In this document: positions 60,268 to 64,000 of the stretch, piece after piece | Position numbering within the stretch: position 1 is the stretch's first letter | Layout: each line of letters opens with the position of its first letter | Assembly: GCA_963799485.1 (NCBI GenBank) | Contig: CAWCXJ010000012.1 | Span: 64,001 to 128,000 of the forward strand | Length of the DNA stretch: 64,000 bases | Direction: 5' to 3' | Origin: an uncultured Trueperaceae bacterium | Lineage (GTDB): Bacteria; Deinococcota; Deinococci; Deinococcales; Trueperaceae | Translations under genes and position numbers: made by a program | The notes under the pieces: generated by a model | Told to the model about the DNA's origin: nothing | The model's database searches: none | Seen by the model: the letters and a program-made list of their open reading frames with translations, nothing else

Positions 60268-60304
60268 GCTGCTCCTCCGGTCGCCAGCGGAGGAGCAGCG
60301 TTTT
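60268..60304 (+). terminator. Intrinsic terminator between the two DUF11 genes
   Basis: GCTGCTCCTCCG-loop-CGGAGGAGCAGC followed by GTTTT. Confidence 0.75.
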
Positions 60305-60426
60305 ACCCAAACGCCTACAAGCCCGGTTCAAACACGACGCCCAGCCGAACCCACTCGGCTCTACTGCTCGACCTTAAGTCGTCCGCCTGCTTGGTATCAG
60401 TCGCCGGAGACTGGTGAGGATGAAAC

Positions 60427-63400
60427 GTGAAGTTAATACACAGTTTATTTTTTTTGCTGCTCTTGGGGGGAGCTTTCGCTGCGGGGACGCCTGCCGGAAC
60501 GGAGATTAAAAACCGGGCCGAGGCGACCTACATAAACCCGGATGGTAACGTTCAAACGGTCGCTTCAGACGAGGTTGTTACGACCGTTTTACCCGTTTAT
60601 GATTTCGTCATTTTGCCGAACGGGGCCAGCCCCGACGCGCCCGGTCAGACCGTTACGGCAGTAGCCGGAAGCGCGGCGCAGTTTTTTTATACCGTTACAA
60701 ACCAAGGCAATATAACAGACACCATCACCCTGACGCTCGCTCAAGCCGGGGACGACTTTAATCTGAGCAATGTTCGTATTTATCTGGACGAAGACGGCAA
60801 CGGCGTTTTAGACGCGGGTGAACCGCTCGTGACTGAAGTCCAACTCGGTGCGGGCGAATCCGCCCAGCTTATCGTTATCGGAACCGTGCCGGAGGGCACG
60901 GTGTCCGGGGCAACTGCCAATGTCAACCTCGAGGGTGTTTCAGTCGGGGTTCCGGACAATACCGATACCGACAACTGGGCCAGAGCCGTCCTCGGCAATG
61001 ATAACGGCGGTGGTGGGAACGTTGCGGGCGTCAACATCGGCAACAGCGACGGCGACCCGGACACCGCGCCGAACGACGGGGGCCTTACCGAGTCGGCGCA
61101 ACCCGGCAAAGCGGTGAGTTTCCCGCTCGAGCTAACCAATACCGGCAGCGCACCCGACACCTTCGACCTGAGTATCGTCAACCTGCCCGACGGCTGGACG
61201 GCAGCGCTTTTTGCCGATGCGGATTGCGACGGCGAAGCCGACAACGAAGAACCTGTTACAACGGTAGGGCCGCTCGAGCCCGGTGAAAACATCTGCTTCA
61301 TCCTTACGGTGACGCCCGCAGCGGACGCACAACCCGGTTCGGTGCCGGTTACAGCCACCGCCGTAAGCCAAAGCGACCCTTCAAAACGGGACAGCATCAC
61401 CAACCTCGTCATCATCGGCGATAACGGCGGCGGTCAGGCGGGCGCGGAAATCGTCCTCGAGAAGTCCGTTTCGCCGGCGGGTTCGGTCGTGTCCGGCGCG
61501 ACCCTGACCTATACGGTTACGGCGATCAGTACCGGCGACGCGGCGGCGACAGGCGTCAGCGTGAGCGACCCGTTGCCCGCCAATACCGCGTTCGTTTCGG
61601 CTTCGGCGAGTACGACGCTGGACGGCGCAACCCTTTATTCGGCGGACGGCTCGAGCTGGTCTACTGCGCCCCCGAGCAGCCTAGAGCCCGGGGCGAGCCT
61701 TTACGTCGGCGTCGATACGAACGGCGACGCCACCCTCACGGACGCCGACACTTTCGGGCCGAACGAGACCTTGACCCTGACGCTCACCGTGCAGGTTACG
61801 GGCGGCCCGGAGGTGAGCAATCAGGCTGAGGCAACTTACGGCGACGGCTCGGCCTCGTCGGAAACGGTGACGACACCTGTAGACAACGCTGCGCCGGAAC
61901 CCGAACCCGCCCGCTGCGCCGTCTCGGTCACACCCGACGGCACCGAAGAAGTGCCCGGTCAGCTCGTTCAGGCACTGCCCGGCAGCACCGTCTACCTGCC
62001 CTATACGCTGCAAAATACGACACCGCAAAACATCGCTGAACCGGGTGACGCGGACAGCACCTTTATTCTGAGTGCAGACACGCTTACGGGCGAAGTCGCA
62101 GGTCTCCGGATTATTGCCGACAGCAATGCCGACGGTGTACCGGACGAAGGCGAAGAGGTTGTAAGTCGGCTAGACCTCGCTGAAGGGGAGAGCGCGGCGC
62201 TGCTCTTAGAGGTCACGCTGACCCCAACCCCCGGCACTTACCTCGTCAACCTCGCCGCTAGTTGCGAAGGTGCGGACGAAGACGCCGTAGACTCGAGCGA
62301 TACGGTCAACGTCTCACAGATCGATGTTCCGGCCCTAAACCTGGCAGCCCCCCAAAAAACTGCCGTCCCACCCGCAGGCACGGCGCTCTACGCGGGCGCG
62401 GCGGTGTCTTACGTCGTCACCTTTACCGCGCCGGAACTGCCTCTAGAAAACGTCGTCGTGCGCGACGTTTTAGACCCCAAACTGGCGCTGCCGACGACGT
62501 ATACGACCGGCACCGTCACCGACCCGGCGACCGGACTCAGCACCGAAGCGGTCGCTACCTTAGAGAACCGCACACTGCGCTGGACGTTTACCGAAGTTCC
62601 GGCAGGAATGACCGTGACGTTAGCTATCGAGACGCAAGTCGCCGCTGACGCCGCCGTTACCGAAACCGTGGACAACACCGCGTGCATCGCGGCTTTGAGC
62701 TTGAGCGAAGTGTGCAGCGCCCCGGTCACGCACCCGCTCGCGCCGGTTGAGCTGAGCTTAAGCAAAACCGCGCTCTCGCCGAGTGTCACCGTCGGCGACA
62801 CCTTGACCTACGAACTCGTAGCGACGAACCTTTCAGATGTTGTCCCGGTCACAGAAGGGACGCTGACCGACACCTTGCCGGAGGGTCTCGAGTACCTCCC
62901 GGACAGCGCCGTACGGCTGGACTCGGCGGGAACGACCGAACCCTTTGAACCCACCCAAACAGGTCTCCTCGTCTGGAATCTGCCCGACCTCGCGCCCAGC
63001 ACGTCGCTGACGCTGCGTTTCGATGTCCGCGTGACGGCGGCGGCGCTCGGGCAAGAGACGCTTCTTAACCGCGCCGAGTTCGACGCGCTCGGCAGTGACG
63101 GCGGGGTCGTCGCCTCGCAAGAAGATGAAGCGGCGGTCGCGGTCGAAGCGGGGTTTTTCGTACCCGGAGCGTGCTGCTCGGACACCTTTATATCGACAAG
63201 GACGACAGCGGTGATTTCAACCGAGGCGATAAGCCTGTGAAAGACGCGCGGCTGTATCTCTCCAACGGGCTTTCAGTCGTAACAGACGCGTTCGGACGCT
63301 ACACCGTCACCGATTTACCTGCGGGTCTGCTCGCGCTCCGGCTCGACAGCACGACGACGCGGGGGCTCGAGCCAGCCCGCAACGAACGTACCGCTGCCAA

Positions 63401-64000
63401 AGACGGCCTCTGGCGTGTGCGCTTGCAGCCCGGTCTGCTGACCCGCCAAGACATCGGCTTCGTGCCGCCCCCCGTAAAACCCACAGAAAGTACCGTAAAA
63501 CCGACACCTCAGGCGGCAGAAACGCCGACGCCGAATCTAAATACAGACACGTCAGACCCCGACCTGCCCGAAAGCCCGGTCGAGACCCTGAGCGGCGTCA
63601 ATATCATCGCCCCGGAACCGGGTACCTTGCTCCGGGGCCGGAGCAGCGTCCCGATTGTCGTCGAAACGCCGCTCGGCGACGTGGTGAGCTTGAGCGTCAA
63701 CGGTCAGCTCATCCCTACGTCGCTGCTCGGCAAACGCGTGCTGGACGAAGTGCGGCAGCGGCAGCGCTTTGAATACGCCGGAGTGCGGTTCGAGCCCGGT
63801 GAGAGTGAAATCGTGGTGCAAAGTCAAGCTGCCGGGGGCGCGGTGACCGAAACGCGCGTGACGATTGCCACCGCCGGCCCGCCTGAACGCATCGTAATCA
63901 GGCCGCTTGAAGCATTGACGGCTGACAGTGCCGCGCCGCTGGCGTTTACGCTGCGCCTCGAGGACAAAAACGGTTACGCGCCGCAAGATACATTTGTCAC
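60427..64000 (+). CDS. Large secreted DUF11 repeat protein; frameshift near 63150; runs off window end
   Basis: Signal peptide, AGTPAGTEIKNRAEATY, several DUF11 domains. After GCGGGGTTTTT a protein-like frame continues VFRTRSVLLGHLYIDKDDSGDFNRGD..VTDAFGRY in the -1 frame. Confidence 0.8.

Overview
GC-rich chromosomal window, most likely from a Deinococcota (Trueperaceae-like) bacterium. This is inferred from the short IF2, fused secDF, nurA-herA pair, tmRNA tag GNNNARQSFALAA and many apparently leaderless genes. Most of it is housekeeping: gap (partial), ileS with an Ile T-box, rho, rrf2/iscR-iscS, mnmA, lemA, rpsA, secDF, rimP-nusA-ylxR-infB, ssrA, galE, an EfeO/FTR1 iron-uptake pair, proline catabolism, crp-P450, a peptide ABC transporter, nagA and an ABC-F protein. 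Three short AT-rich islets are interspersed (DUF3800, cupin-HD-GYP, DUF2335 pair). The window ends in a cluster of large secreted DUF11/isopeptide-type proteins. Best leads: (1) the first DUF11 protein has a split Ig domain. Its C-terminal domain lacks the last two beta-strands, which sit at the mature N-terminus of both DUF11 proteins, suggesting a self-polymerising, possibly isopeptide-crosslinked filament. (2) A signal-peptide uORF ending QWQLEGG-stop upstream of secDF, a candidate arrest peptide. (3) A DUF3800 gene with a convergent ~65-nt structured RNA. (4) A ~190-nt transcript carrying a 14-aa ORF next to a cupin-HD-GYP gene. (5) Two highly iterated motifs (CTCGAG and TTTACGG/CCGTAAA) that I did not see in the AT-rich islet genes. 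No CRISPR array, integrase or transposase was seen. All counts are hand tallies and no database search was run.
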